A stretch of DNA of 64,000 bases, from assembly GCA_013239625.1 (NCBI GenBank), contig MU053379.1, forward strand, positions 1,780,866 to 1,844,865, written 5' to 3'. The stretch is from Lama guanicoe (lineage: Eukaryota). Both the position numbers and the translations under genes were made by a program. This document shows positions 1-11,900 of this stretch, piece by piece. Each line of letters starts with the position of its first letter. Position 1 is the stretch's first letter. A model generated the notes under the pieces. That model saw only the letters and a program-made list of their open reading frames with translations. It had not been told where the DNA came from and did not search any database.

Positions 1-1557
1 ATTGGGTGTAGGTATCTTTTTGAGTTAGAGTTTTCTTTGGATATATGCCCAGGATTGGGATTGCTGGATCATATGGTAACTTTATTTTTAGTTTGTTTAA
101 TGAATCTGTATACTGTTTTCCATAGTGACTGCACCAAATTACATTCCCACCAACAGTGAAGGAGGGTTCCCTTTTCTCCACACCCTCTCCAGCATTGATC
201 GTCTGTGGACTTTTTAATGATGGCGATTCTGACTGGTGTGAGGTGATAATTGCATTACAATGAGATTTGCATTTCTCTTATAATTAGTGACATTAGCATC
301 CTTTTCTGTGCATATTGGCCATCTGTATGTCTTCTTTGGAAAAAATGTCTATTTAGGTCTTCTGCCTGTTTTTTAATTGTGTGTGTGTGTGTGTGTTATT
401 GAGTCGTATGAGCTCTTTGTATATTCTGGAAATTAATCCCTTGTAAGTAGCATCATTTGCAAATATTTTTTCCCAGTCTATAGTTTGTCTTTTTATTTTC
501 GTTTATGGTCTCCTTTGCTGTGCAAAAGCTTGTAAGTTTGATTAGGTCCCATTTGTTTACCTTTGCTTTTCTTTCTATTGCCTTTGGAGACTGACCTAGG
601 AAAACATTGCTATGACTAATGTCAGAGAATGCTTTACCTGTGTTCTCTTCTAGGAGATTTATGGTGTCTTGTCTTATGTTTAAGTTTTTAAGCCATTGTG
701 AATTTATTTTTGTGCATGGTGTGAGGGAGTGTTCTAACTTTACTGATTTACATGCAGCTGTCCAGACTTCCCAGCACTGCTTGCTGAAGATACTGTCTTT
801 TCTCCATCATATGTTCTTGTCTCCTTTGTCAAAGATTAATTGTAGATGTGTGGGTTTACTTCTGGGCTCTCTGTTCTGTTCCATTGATCCGTATGTCTGT
901 TTTTGTACCAATACCACGCTGTTTTGGTTACTGTAGCTCTGTAGTACTGTCTGAAGTCTGGGAGGGTTATTCCTCCAGCTTCGTTCTTTTTCTTCAGTTT
1001 TCCTTTGGTGATTCTGGGTCTTTTGTGATTCCATATAAATTTTAAGATTATTTGTTCTAATTCTGTGAAAATGTCCTGGGTAACTTGATAGGGATTACAT
1101 TAAATCTCTAGATTGCTTTGGGTAGAATGGCCATTTAAAAAATATTAATTCTTCCAATCCAAGAGCATAAGATATCTTTCCATTTCTTTAAATCATCTTC
1201 AGTTTCCTTTATCAATGTTTTATAGTTCTCCATGTATAGGTCTTTGACCTCCTCGGTCAGGTTTATTCCTAGGTATAATAGTTATTTTGATGTGATCTTA
1301 AAAGGAATTGTTATATACTTATGTGATATTTCATTGTTAGTGTAAAGAAATGCAACAGATTTCTGTATGTTAATCTTGTCTCTTGCTACCTTGCTGAATT
1401 TGCTTATCATTTCTAGTAGCTTTTGTGTGGAACCTTTAGGGCTTTCTATATGTAGTGTCATGTCATCTGCATATAGTGACAATTTTACCTTTTCTCTTCC
1501 AATTTGGATCCCTTTTATTTCTTTTTCTTGTTTGATTTCTATGGCTAGGACTTCCAA
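1..1557 (-). mobile_element. LINE-1, 5'-truncated, 3' half of ORF2 (RT through C-terminal region); continues past the left edge
   Basis: Minus-strand ORF 1282-1557 reads [32 protein letters not shown]...[16 protein letters not shown] (L1 RT, F/YADD motif); downstream L1 ORF2 sequence with frameshifts; (GT)n at ~378-396. Confidence 0.95.
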
Positions 1558-1859
1558 CCTTCAGGCAAATTTTGAAAGGAGATTTATTTAGAGAAAAATT
1601 CCCTTTGCGCCTGCTTGGTGCCTACGTGTATCCATCAACTTGGGACAATGTTTAGCTAATATTTTTTGGTTTCAGAATTCTCACATCACATATAGATATA
1701 AATTTAGGCCCCACACCCATGGGATATGTGAGCTTATGGTTGGGAATTCTCAAGGTAGACTTATTTTTCCCCACTCTTCCCAGAGCCAATGTTGAGCTCT
1801 GCTTGACATCCGCATTCTCTCTGCTTAGTCTTCACCTATGTTTAGCCTTCATCACGGCT

Positions 1860-2590
1860 TCCTCCCGAGTGGTTTGTACTTTCCTGCCCCTTGAGTTTGC
1901 CCTTGGCCGTGGGACTTGCTTTGCCCAGCAGATGTGGGCAGAGTGAACACTATGCCAGCTTCAGACATACACCCTAAGAAGCTCTGTGTTTCCACTTCCC
2001 CTCTGGCACCGCTGCCATTTCTCTGACAATAATATGACTTAGCTACCCTCAGACCCTAGGGGAACGAGACACAGGTGGACCAGAGCCTCCCTAGCTTAAA
2101 ATAGAGCCACCCAGTCCACCCCAGCCTGAATCAGCCCACACCCACCCGGTCTGCAGATGTGTGTTAGCCCAGACGACATTAGCAGACATGTGATTAACTG
2201 TTATTGTCAAATGGTGCCAAAATTCTGTGGTTAGTACACAGCATCTGATGGAGTAGCTAGTGTGTACAATGAATATATGACCTCAGACCGTTCAAGCAAC
2301 ATGGAAGCCCAAGGTGGTTTTCTCAGCATTGGGAAGAGCTGTTCTTTCTCAGAGGGAGCACGTAGCCCTGGAAATTTTTGGCAGCCACCTCTACCTGGGT
2401 TGTAGATGATACTAAGGAGCCAGAACAAAGGAACGAAGGGAATCTGTGTTCTTACCAGTGTCACTGAGTCACGAGATGAAACCAAACATAAGTCTTGGAC
2501 TACCTCTGAAACTCTCAGTTACATGAGCAAAGCCACTCCCTTGTTGCTTAAGCCCACGTGATTTAGATTTTCCATTACTTCCAAAATACA
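1860..2590 (+). mobile_element. Two degraded MaLR (MLT1H/I/J/K-like) LTR fragments
   Basis: MLT1-type motifs (gacttgctttgccc...; cagttacatgagc...ttgcttaagcc...), recognised from memory of consensus sequences; subfamily uncertain. Confidence 0.6.
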
Positions 2591-5500
2591 GACTCAGAAC
2601 TTCTGGCTTCAGCTCCAACAGGTAAAGAGCTTGGAAGTGATCACTCCCGTTCTTACAACAGAAAAATTCTGAGCAAACTGAAAGCAAACAAACCTCCATG
2701 GATCGGTCAAGGATTTGAAATCAGAGCTTAAACCACCACCCCAAGCTCTGCAGAGATGATGCCTGAACACAGGGAACCTGCTTCCCTGGAGCAGAAGGTG
2801 CTGGAGCCACAGGTGGGCAGAGACACTCGCACGGCGGTTCTGATGCCTTGCTGCAGGCTGAGTGTACACTAGCTTGAGAGTGAAAAGCTTCTGGAGTCTG
2901 CCGTCTTATGGGACCCCACACTTCTGAGGATCTACTTCTAGGAACTCCACCACATTCTCATGGTAAAGAGCCAGGAAAGATCCCTCACAGCTTTACCATT
3001 GTGAGATACACCCGGAGAGTCCTCCAAAGCAAGCGCTCTCTCTCCAGGGGAAGGGTTTTACCAGAACCTAAGGGGAGGGAAAGAAGCTAAGGAACACGTG
3101 GGAAGGTCACAGCCCAGGGATATGGGCCTGTTAAAAGACTGAGATTTAGAAGACACAGAACGTTTCCTTTCCCCAGCACCTTACCACCACAGCCGTCGGG
3201 CTCCAGTGTAACACTGGGTTACAGCTGAGAGAGCTGCCAGGCCCAGACTGTTTTTAAGGAGCCCAAAGGCAACAAGAGAGATAAAAACAAAGATGTTAGA
3301 CAAATTTGAAGCTGCTGACATCGCCAGTTACAGCAAACATTAAACACAGCCCAACTCTTAGACAGACTGACACCAAACCTTAACATAAAGGTTTCGCCTC
3401 AGTTCTTGTTACCCCATACATCATGTTTGGCATTTAAGAAGATATTACAAGGTACGCTAAAATGCAAGGAAAAACACAGCCTGCAGAGAAAAAGGAAGCA
3501 TAAAAACCAGACTCAGATATGACACAGATTTTGAACTGGTTAGACAGGGAATTAAAAATAACTATGATTAATATGTTACAGGCCGTAATGGAAAAAGCAG
3601 GCAACAGGCAAGAACAGATGGATAATGTAAGCAGAAAGATGGAAACTGTAACAAATAATCAAAAGGAAATCCGACAGATCAAAAGCACTGTGATAGAAAT
3701 GAAGAAAGCCTTTAATGGGCTCATCAGTATACTCAACACTGCCAAGGAAAGAATCAGAGAGGTTAAAGATCTGCCAAAAGAAAGTTTCCAAACTGAAATA
3801 GAAAAAAAAGAGAAAGGGGGAAAAAAAGGCAGAACAGAATATTCTAGAACTTTGGGAAATTCCAGAAGTTATAGCATACACACGCTTGGAACACCAGAAG
3901 GAGAAGACACACAAAGAAGGGGATGAAATATTTGAAGTAATAATGACAGAGAATTTTCTGTAATTAATGACAGACACAAAACCACAGACCCAGGAAGCTC
4001 AGAGAACACCAAGATAAATACCAAAAACACACACACACACACACACAAAACAAAACAAAAAACCTACACTTAGAAGTATTGTATTCAAATTACAGAAAAC
4101 CAATGATAAAGTCTTGAAAGAAGACAGGGTGGGGGTGGAGGGGCATTTTCTACAGAGAAATAAGAATAAGAATTCATAAAGGACTTCTCAGCAGAAACCA
4201 CTCAGGCAAGCAGAGAGTGGAGCGACATATTTAAAGTGTTGAAAGAAAAAAAAGTAGAATTCTGTATCGAGCAAAATTATCCTTCAAAAGTGAAGGAGAA
4301 AGAAAAATTTTCTCAGTCAAATAAAAAGAAAGGGAGCTCATTGCCAGCACACCTGTCCAGGAAGAAACGTTGAGAACGTTCTTCATAAAGAAGGACGTTA
4401 TAGAGGTCAGAAACTTGGATCTACATAAAGAAAGGAAACGCATCAGAGAAGGAGTTCTTTAAAGGGTAAAAATGTTTAAATTATTTTTCTTACTCTTTTT
4501 TTCCACCTTCACCCATTTTACCCACACCCAGCCCCCAGCTTCTGGCAACCACCAATCTGTTTTCTGTGTCTGTAAGTTTGATTTTTTTTCCATTCCACAT
4601 ATAAGTGAAATAATGCAGTATTTCTTTCTTCTCTGTCTGACTTACTTCACATAGCATACTACCCTCAAGTTCCATCTATTTTTTTTTCAAATGGCAGGAT
4701 TTCTTTATTTTTTATGGCTACCTTTTATTTCTTTTCAATCCATTTATCCATCAGTGGACACCCAGGTTACTTCCATGCCTTGGCTACTGTAAATAATACT
4801 GCAATGAACATGGGACTCCAAATATCTTTTCAAGATAGTGATTTTGTTTCCTTCAGATAAATACCTAGAAGTGGCGTTACTAGATTATATGGTGCTTCTA
4901 TTTTTAGTTTTTTGAAGAACCTTCATTCTGGTTTCCATAGTGACTACACTAGACTACATTCTCACCAGCGGTGCACAAGGGTTCCCTTTTCTCCACATCC
5001 TTGCCAACACTTGTTGTTTCCTGTCTTTTTGATGACAGCCATTCTGACAGATCTAATATCCCAATGTGATTCTGACTTGCATTTCCCTGATGATTAGCAA
5101 TGTTGAGCAGCTTTTCACATATTTCTTGGCCATTAGACTTCTTTGAGGAAGTGTTTATTCAGTTTCTCTGCCCGTTTTTAAGTCAGACTATTAGTTTTTT
5201 TCCTACTGAGTTGTATGAGTCATTTATGTATTTTGGATATTGGCCCCTTATCAGATGTATGATTTGCAAATAGTTTCTCCCATTCTGTAGGCTGCCTTTT
5301 CATTTTGTTGATGTTTTCTTTTGCTGTGCAGAGGCTTTTTCATTTTATGTGGTACATATTTTTCTTTTTCTTAATTGATCTTAAAATATAACTGTTTAAA
5401 GTAATAATAGTAACAGTATATTGGGTGATTATAACGTATGGATACATGAAACGAATGACAGCAATTTCATAAAGGATGAGAAGGAAGAATTGGGGATATT

Positions 5501-6610
5501 CTGTTTTTCTAAGGTAGCTGCACTGTATGTGAAGTGATACAGTCTTATTTGAAGGTGAACTTAGATTAGTTGCAAATGTGTATTGCAAACACTAGGGCAA
5601 TCACTAAAATTTTTAAAAATAAAATATAACCTGCTATAATATGCTGAGAAAGGAGAGAAAATGGAATCATATCAAATGCTCAATTAAAACCAGAGAAGGC
5701 AGGACAGAGGGGATGAAAGAAGAGAAATAAAAACAAGTGTGATGAATAGAAAACAGTTATAAACATGGTAGATATTAATCTATATCAATAATCAGTAAAT
5801 GTGAATGGTCTAAATATCCAAATTAAAAGACAGAGGTTGTCAGAGTGGGTCAAAAAACAAGATTCAGATATACCTTGTCTACCAGAAATTCTCTTTAAAT
5901 ATAAAGATTCATATGTATTGAAAATAAGGGGATAGAGAAAGAGGTACCCTGTTAACATGAATCAAAAGAAAACTGGAGTTAACTACATTAATCCCATGTA
6001 AAACTGACTTCAGCACAAGAAAAATGGTCAGATACGAAGATGGGCAAAGCAATAACGAGGTAAATTCCCCAAGTAAGCATAGCAGTCCTGAGTGTGTGTG
6101 CACCTAACAACAGAGCGTCAAAACATGTGAGGTGAAACTGAGTAGACTTCCAAGGAGAAATAGACAAACCCATCATGACAGCTGGTGGCTTCAACACCCC
6201 TCTTTCAGCAGCTGATAGACAAAGCAAGTAGAAAACCAGGAAGGGTGCAGTTGACCTGAACACCACCACCAGTCAACTTGACGTTTGTAGAATACTCACG
6301 CCAACAACAGCAGGACACACACCCTTCTCAAGCCCACATGGCCCTCACAGTAAGACTGACCACTTCCTATGTTGTCAGTCACACTTAACACATTTCCAAG
6401 AATAGAAATCGCCGAAGTGTATTTTCAGACCACGGTGGAATCAAGGAATCAAACTAGAGATCAGTAACAGAAAGGTAGCTGAAACACCCTAAGATGGTTG
6501 GAAATTAAAAAAAAGCACTTCTAAATAACACATGGGTCAAAGAAGACTCAAGAGGAGGTTACAACTGTTCTGAACTAAATGGGAACGAAAAGCCAACTTA
6601 TCGAAAAGAC
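2590..6610 (+). mobile_element. Ancient LINE-1 (L1MC/L1MD-like): 5'UTR, ORF1, inter-ORF region and ORF2 endonuclease domain; ends abruptly at ~6610
   Basis: ORF 3519-3926 (RELKITMINML...QEQMDNVSRKMET...KAFNGLIS) is ORF1p coiled-coil-like; ~5800 aatgtgaatggtctaaat...ccaattaaaagacagagg is the start of the ORF2 endonuclease (NVNGLN..IKRQR). Confidence 0.9.
4498..5356 (-). mobile_element. Younger L1 3' fragment (L1MA-like) nested in the older L1
   Basis: L1 3' ORF2/UTR sequence on minus (MELEGSMLCEVSQTEK), flanked by a degenerate target-site duplication tatttttcttactctt (4482-4497) / tatttttctttttctt (5357-5372). Confidence 0.85.
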
Positions 6611-7593
6611 ACACCCTTCACTGGCACGTCCGTCACGTTAGATGCCCAGAGAGTTGGGCAAAGTGCCACCTAATCCCAAGGTAAGGACCCGAGCCAGCCG
6701 CAGAAGTGACGCGCTCCCCTCCAAGGTGGCCAGGGCGTCCGGACGGGCTTCGGCGGGTCTGAGGGCCAGGCACTCTGAGACCGAAAACTTCAGAGGATAA
6801 GCTTTTGAAACTTGTCCACAGAGCTTGTTCCATAAAGAATGCTTAAATGCTGGTTTGTTTTTTTTAAATAGACACCCTAACAAAGCTGTAAAACTTTTCA
6901 GGCCATAAATTTAAAATATTTCGAAAGTGCCATTGCATGCCTCCAAAGATCTGAGTCTCTGGTCTACCACTGCTCACTTGGGCATTTTGATTTCGACTGG
7001 GTTTCACAGGAAATCCTGGCACGAAGCGTAAGGAAGCACCAAAGTTCAGCTTTGACCTCAATACTGGGCTCTGATCTGCTATTTGGCTCTTGCTGATCTC
7101 CGTCTTTGGAAGTCTAAGTAGCCTGACTCACCTATGTCACCCGTCTAATTTGTGTCCCTATCTTGTGTTTGATTGATGGCTACGTGAGCGCACAGAAAAG
7201 CGCGTATCTAGTTAGAAACAATGTCAATTGTCCAACGCCAATCGGAATAAGAGAATAAGCCTTTTAGACTTATCTTTAATATTTGAATATTTATGTCCAA
7301 ATACAGGCAGGCATTTCAGAGGTAGCTTGGAGTGAAAAGTCTCCAAATTTTGAAGTTCTATTAGAGTATAAATGTATATTTATTTTTATAAGAGCAAGGT
7401 GTTGTAGTAATTAATGATCATTGTGAGCCATTAAGTTTATATATAAAAGTAATTAATATTTTCAGATATTTTAACAGGAAAAGAAATTGAGAATTATATG
7501 AATTTCTAAAAGAGAGGCTACTAGCTAAATAACTAATATGACGAAGCATCGTATTCTTTCCGAACAAATGTTTATAAAAACGTGAGCAATACT

Positions 7594-7971
7594 TGTATTA
7601 GTCTATCTGAGCTGCCCTAATAGGATACGAAAGACTGGGTGGCTTAACAACAGAAATATATTCATTGTCTCATAGTTCTGGAGGCTGAAAGTCCACGATC
7701 AAGGTGCCAGAAAGGTTGGTTTCTCGTGAGGGCTCTCTTCCCAGTGCATCGACAGCCACCTTCTTGCTGTGGCCTCACCTGGCCTTTCCTCTGTGCGTGT
7801 GCTCCTGGTGTCTCGGCCTCGTCTTATAAGGACCCTACTGGTTTAGGGTCCCACTCTGATGACCCCATTTAACCTTAATTGTTCCTTAAAGACTCTAACT
7901 CCATGTACCGCCACATTGTGGATGAGAGCTTCAACATGTGAATTCGGAGGAACAAAGTTCAGTCAAGAACA
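7594..7971 (-). mobile_element. MLT1A-like MaLR solo LTR
   Basis: tgtattagtc...ctgggtggcttaacaacagaaat...agttctggaggctg...gatcaaggtgccag...gcttcaacatgtgaatt...aaca; TG...CA termini. Confidence 0.85.
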
Positions 7972-8053
7972 GTAATAGAATAATAATGCAAGGGAAACAG
8001 TAACAACAATGTAAGGAGTATGCTAGCATCCATAGTACTAAATGGAATTAACT

Positions 8054-8206
8054 TTTTTTTTTATTATTTAAAAAAATTTCTTTTTGTAGGGGAGGAGGTT
8101 CTTAGGCTTTTATTTATTTATTTTCAGTGGAGGGACTGGGAATTAAACCCAGGACCTCGTGCACGCTAGGCACGCACTCTACCACTGGCTGTATATATTT
8201 CCCCCC
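8054..8206 (-). mobile_element. tRNA-Ala-derived SINE (camelid Vic-1-like)
   Basis: Reverse complement gives a tRNA-like head (gtggtagagtgcgtgcctagcgtgcacgaggtcctgggtttaattcccagt), AT-rich tail and poly-A; flanks share aattaacttt. Confidence 0.9.
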
Positions 8207-8974
8207 ACAAAAGAAATTAACTTTATGAGTTGTATTAATTTTTAGTTATTTAATGCCATACAAGCTATAAGAAAAAGTCTTATATGGGAATTCTTCATTT
8301 TTTATGATGACAGATTAAAAGCAGAACTTCAACTTTGCCACCTCAAGTTTCACAGGGAAGAAAAAGATTTTAAAACTCTGATAAAACATCTTCAATCCAA
8401 ACGTAGTTGAAAGAAGAGTGAAGAAGAGAAGAAATACTCTGAAGGCTGTGAAATATATTGCTCTTACTTATAAAAGTTCAAACTGACAGAGTTCCAAGAA
8501 GAAAATCCTTTAAATTTTTGAGTTTATAGGAGCCTAAGTTTTAAACAAAAAAATGTCAAAAGTGATTGTTTTAGATTGCAGTCATTCTCAGTAGTTGTAG
8601 GTGAAGCTATGGGTCTTGTGTGCAAAGTTCCTTCAAAAAATGTAAAAATCTTTCACTGAATTATAAAATGCTTTACTCAAAAAGGGTGACAATTAAGTAA
8701 TGCACCACTTCTGTGCTTTGCATCAGGCATTTGGATGTGTAGAACCATGAGGTCCCTTTTACATTTGATAACAGCGGTGGGTGGCTCGCTAAGAGACTTG
8801 TTTTTTTCAGCTTCTGCAAGTTAACATATGAATCTGCTGAAGAACTATTCCTAGAATGGACATTAAGTAAAGAAAAGACCCACGTAATGATGATGGAACA
8901 GAAGCAGTGAAGGCCGGGAGTGAAAGAGGGGCTCACGAGAGTGCGAGGTTTGTGCGTACAGTCCAGTCATAAAC

Positions 8975-11900
8975 AGGGTTGTTTGTTTTCATATTGTTAA
9001 CTTTTAAGAGTTCATGTGTATTTTGCATAAGAGTCCTTTATCACATGTGTCTTTTGCAGATGTTTTCTCCCACTCTGGGGCTTGTTTTCTCATTCTCTTG
9101 ACAACATCTTTTGCAAAGCAGAAGTTTTTAATTTTAATGAATTCCAGCTTATCCATTATTTTTTTCATGGATTGTGCCCTTGGTAATGTATCCAAAAAGT
9201 CATGGCCTTACTCAAGGTCATCTAGAATTTCTTCCTTTATCCTCTATGAGTTCTCTCATTTTTCATTTTATATTTAGGTCTAAGATCCATTTTGAGTTAA
9301 TTTTTGTGAAATGTGTGAGATCTGTGTTTATATATATATTTTTTTTCCTTTTTTTTTGCATTTGTTGAAAAGACTAACTTTACTCCCTTTCATTGCCTTT
9401 GCTCCATTGTCAAAGATCGGTTGACTCTATGTATGTGGGTCCATTTCCGGACTTTCTCTTTTCCCCGTTGGCATATTTGCTTATTCTTTTGTGAGCACTA
9501 CACTGCGTTGATTATTACAGCTGTGCAGTAAGACTTGGAGTTGGTCAAGAGTTGGTCCTCTTAGTTTGTTCTTTTAATATTGTATTAGCTATTCTGGGTC
9601 TTTCGCCTCTCCACATAGATTTTGGAATCATTTTTTCAATATCCAAAAAATAACTTGCTGAGATTTTTGATCAGGATTGCATTGAATCTATAGATCCAGT
9701 TGAGAAGAGCTGGTATTTTGACCATGTTAAGCTTCCTATCCAAGAATACTGGAATCGCATCATTTGCATGGTTCTTTGACTCCTTTTATCAGAATTTTGT
9801 GGTTTTTCTCATATAGTTCTTATAAATTTTCAGTAAGATTTACACCTAAGTATTTAATTTTTGTGCACTATGAATAATATTGTTTGCATTTTGTATTCCA
9901 CTTATTCATTGCTAATACATAGGAATGTCCTTGACTTCTGTATATGAGCCTTGCACCCTGCAACCTTGCTATAATTTAATTTTTTTAGTTCCAGGAGATT
10001 TTTTTTTTGTCTATTCCTTCAGATTTTCTACATAGACCATCATGTCATCTGCAAAAAAGATAGTTTTACTTCTTCCTTCCCCATATGTTTACTTTTTATT
10101 TCCTTTTCTTTTTTTATTGCATTAACTAGGATTTCTACGGTGTTGAAAAGTGGTGAGAGTGGTGAAAGGAGACGACCTCTTTGCCCTTTTCCTGATCATT
10201 GTGGGAAACTTTCTAGTTTCTCACCATTAACTATGATGTTAACTGCAGGGTTTTGGTAGATATCCTTTATGAAGCTGAGGAAGTTCCATCTATTCCTAGA
10301 TAGTTGATAGTGTTTATCATAATTGAGTGTTTTATTTTGTTCAGTGTTTTTTATGCATCTGTTGAGATGTGATTTTTGTTCTTTAGCTTGTTGATGTGAA
10401 AGATTACATTAATTGATTTTTGAATGTTGAGCCAGCCTTGCATACCTGGGATAAACCCCACTTGCTCATGGTGCGTAATTCTTTTTATACATTCTTACAT
10501 TTGATGTGTCAATGTTTGGGGGGATTTTTTGTATCTATATCCATGAGAGGTATTAGCCTGTAGTTTCCTTTTCTTGTAATGTCTTTGCCTGGCTTTGATG
10601 TCATGCTGATGCTGGCCTTGTAAAGTGAGTTAGAAAGTTCTCTCTCTGTTTCTATCTTCTGGAAGAAATTGTAAAAAATTGGTATAATTTCTTCCTTAAA
10701 TGTTTCATAGAATTCACCAGAGAATCCATCCAGGTGTGGTACTTTGTGTTTTGGAAGGTTATTAATATTGATTCAGTTTCTTTCGTAGATACAATTATAT
10801 TCAGATTGCCTATTTCTTCTTGTGTGAATTTTGGCACATTTCAAGGAGTTGGTCCATTTTATCTAGGTTATCAAATTTGTGGGTATAGAGTTGTTCATAA
10901 TGTTCCTTTATTATCCTTTTAATATCCATGGGATCAATAGTGGTGCCCTCTCATTTCTGATGTTAGTCATTTTTATTCTTCCTTTTCTCTTAATTAACAT
11001 GGCTAGAGGCTTACTGATTTTATTGATCTTTTCAAAGAACTAGTTTGATTTTGTTGATTTTCTCTATTGATTTCATGCTTTTAGTTTCAATGATTTCTGC
11101 TGTCATTTTTATTATTTCTTTTCTTCTGCTCAGTTTGGATTTAAGTTCATTTTCTTCTAATTTCCTAATGTGGAAAGTCAGATGATTGATTTTAGATTTT
11201 TCTCCTTTCTTTAATATAAGCATTCAAAGCTATAAATTTCCTTGTAAGCACTGCTTTCACTGTATCCCACAAATTTTAATAAGTTGCATTTTAATTTTCA
11301 TTTACTTCAAAGCATGTAAATTTTTTTTTAGATTTCTCCTTGACTCATTTCTTATTTGGATGTGTTGTTTAACCTGCAGATATTTGGGGGACTTTCCAGC
11401 TGTCTTTCTGTTATTGATTTCTAGTTTAATTCAGCTGTGGTCTGAGAGCTTACTTTGTGTGACTTCTGTTCTTTTAAATTTGTTAAGGTGTTTTTTATGG
11501 CCCAGAACACTGTCTGTCTTGGTGAACGTTCCATGTGAGCTTGAGAAGAATGTGCATTCTGCTGTTGTTGGATGAAGTAATCAATAGATGTCAATTATAT
11601 CCAGTTGATTGATGGTGCTGTCGAGTTCAACCATCTCCTCACTGATTTCCTGTTTGCTGAATCTGTCCATTTCTGAGAAAAGAGCTTTGACATCTCCAAC
11701 TGTAACAATGGATTCATCTCTTTTTCCTTACAACTCTATCGGTTTTTTGACTCATGTATTTTGACACTCTGTTGTCAGTCACATGCACATTAAGGCTTGT
11801 TATGTCTTCTTGGAGAATTAACCCTTTTATCATTATGTAATGCCCCTCTTTATCTCTAATAACCTTCCTTGGTCTGAAGTTTGACCTGTCTGAAATTAAT

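Noticed and set aside
8705..8850. Possible minus-strand exon (acceptor near 8851 or 8815, donor near 8705)
   Set aside because: Weak donor, unrecognised peptides in either open frame, and no clear phase link to other candidate exons.
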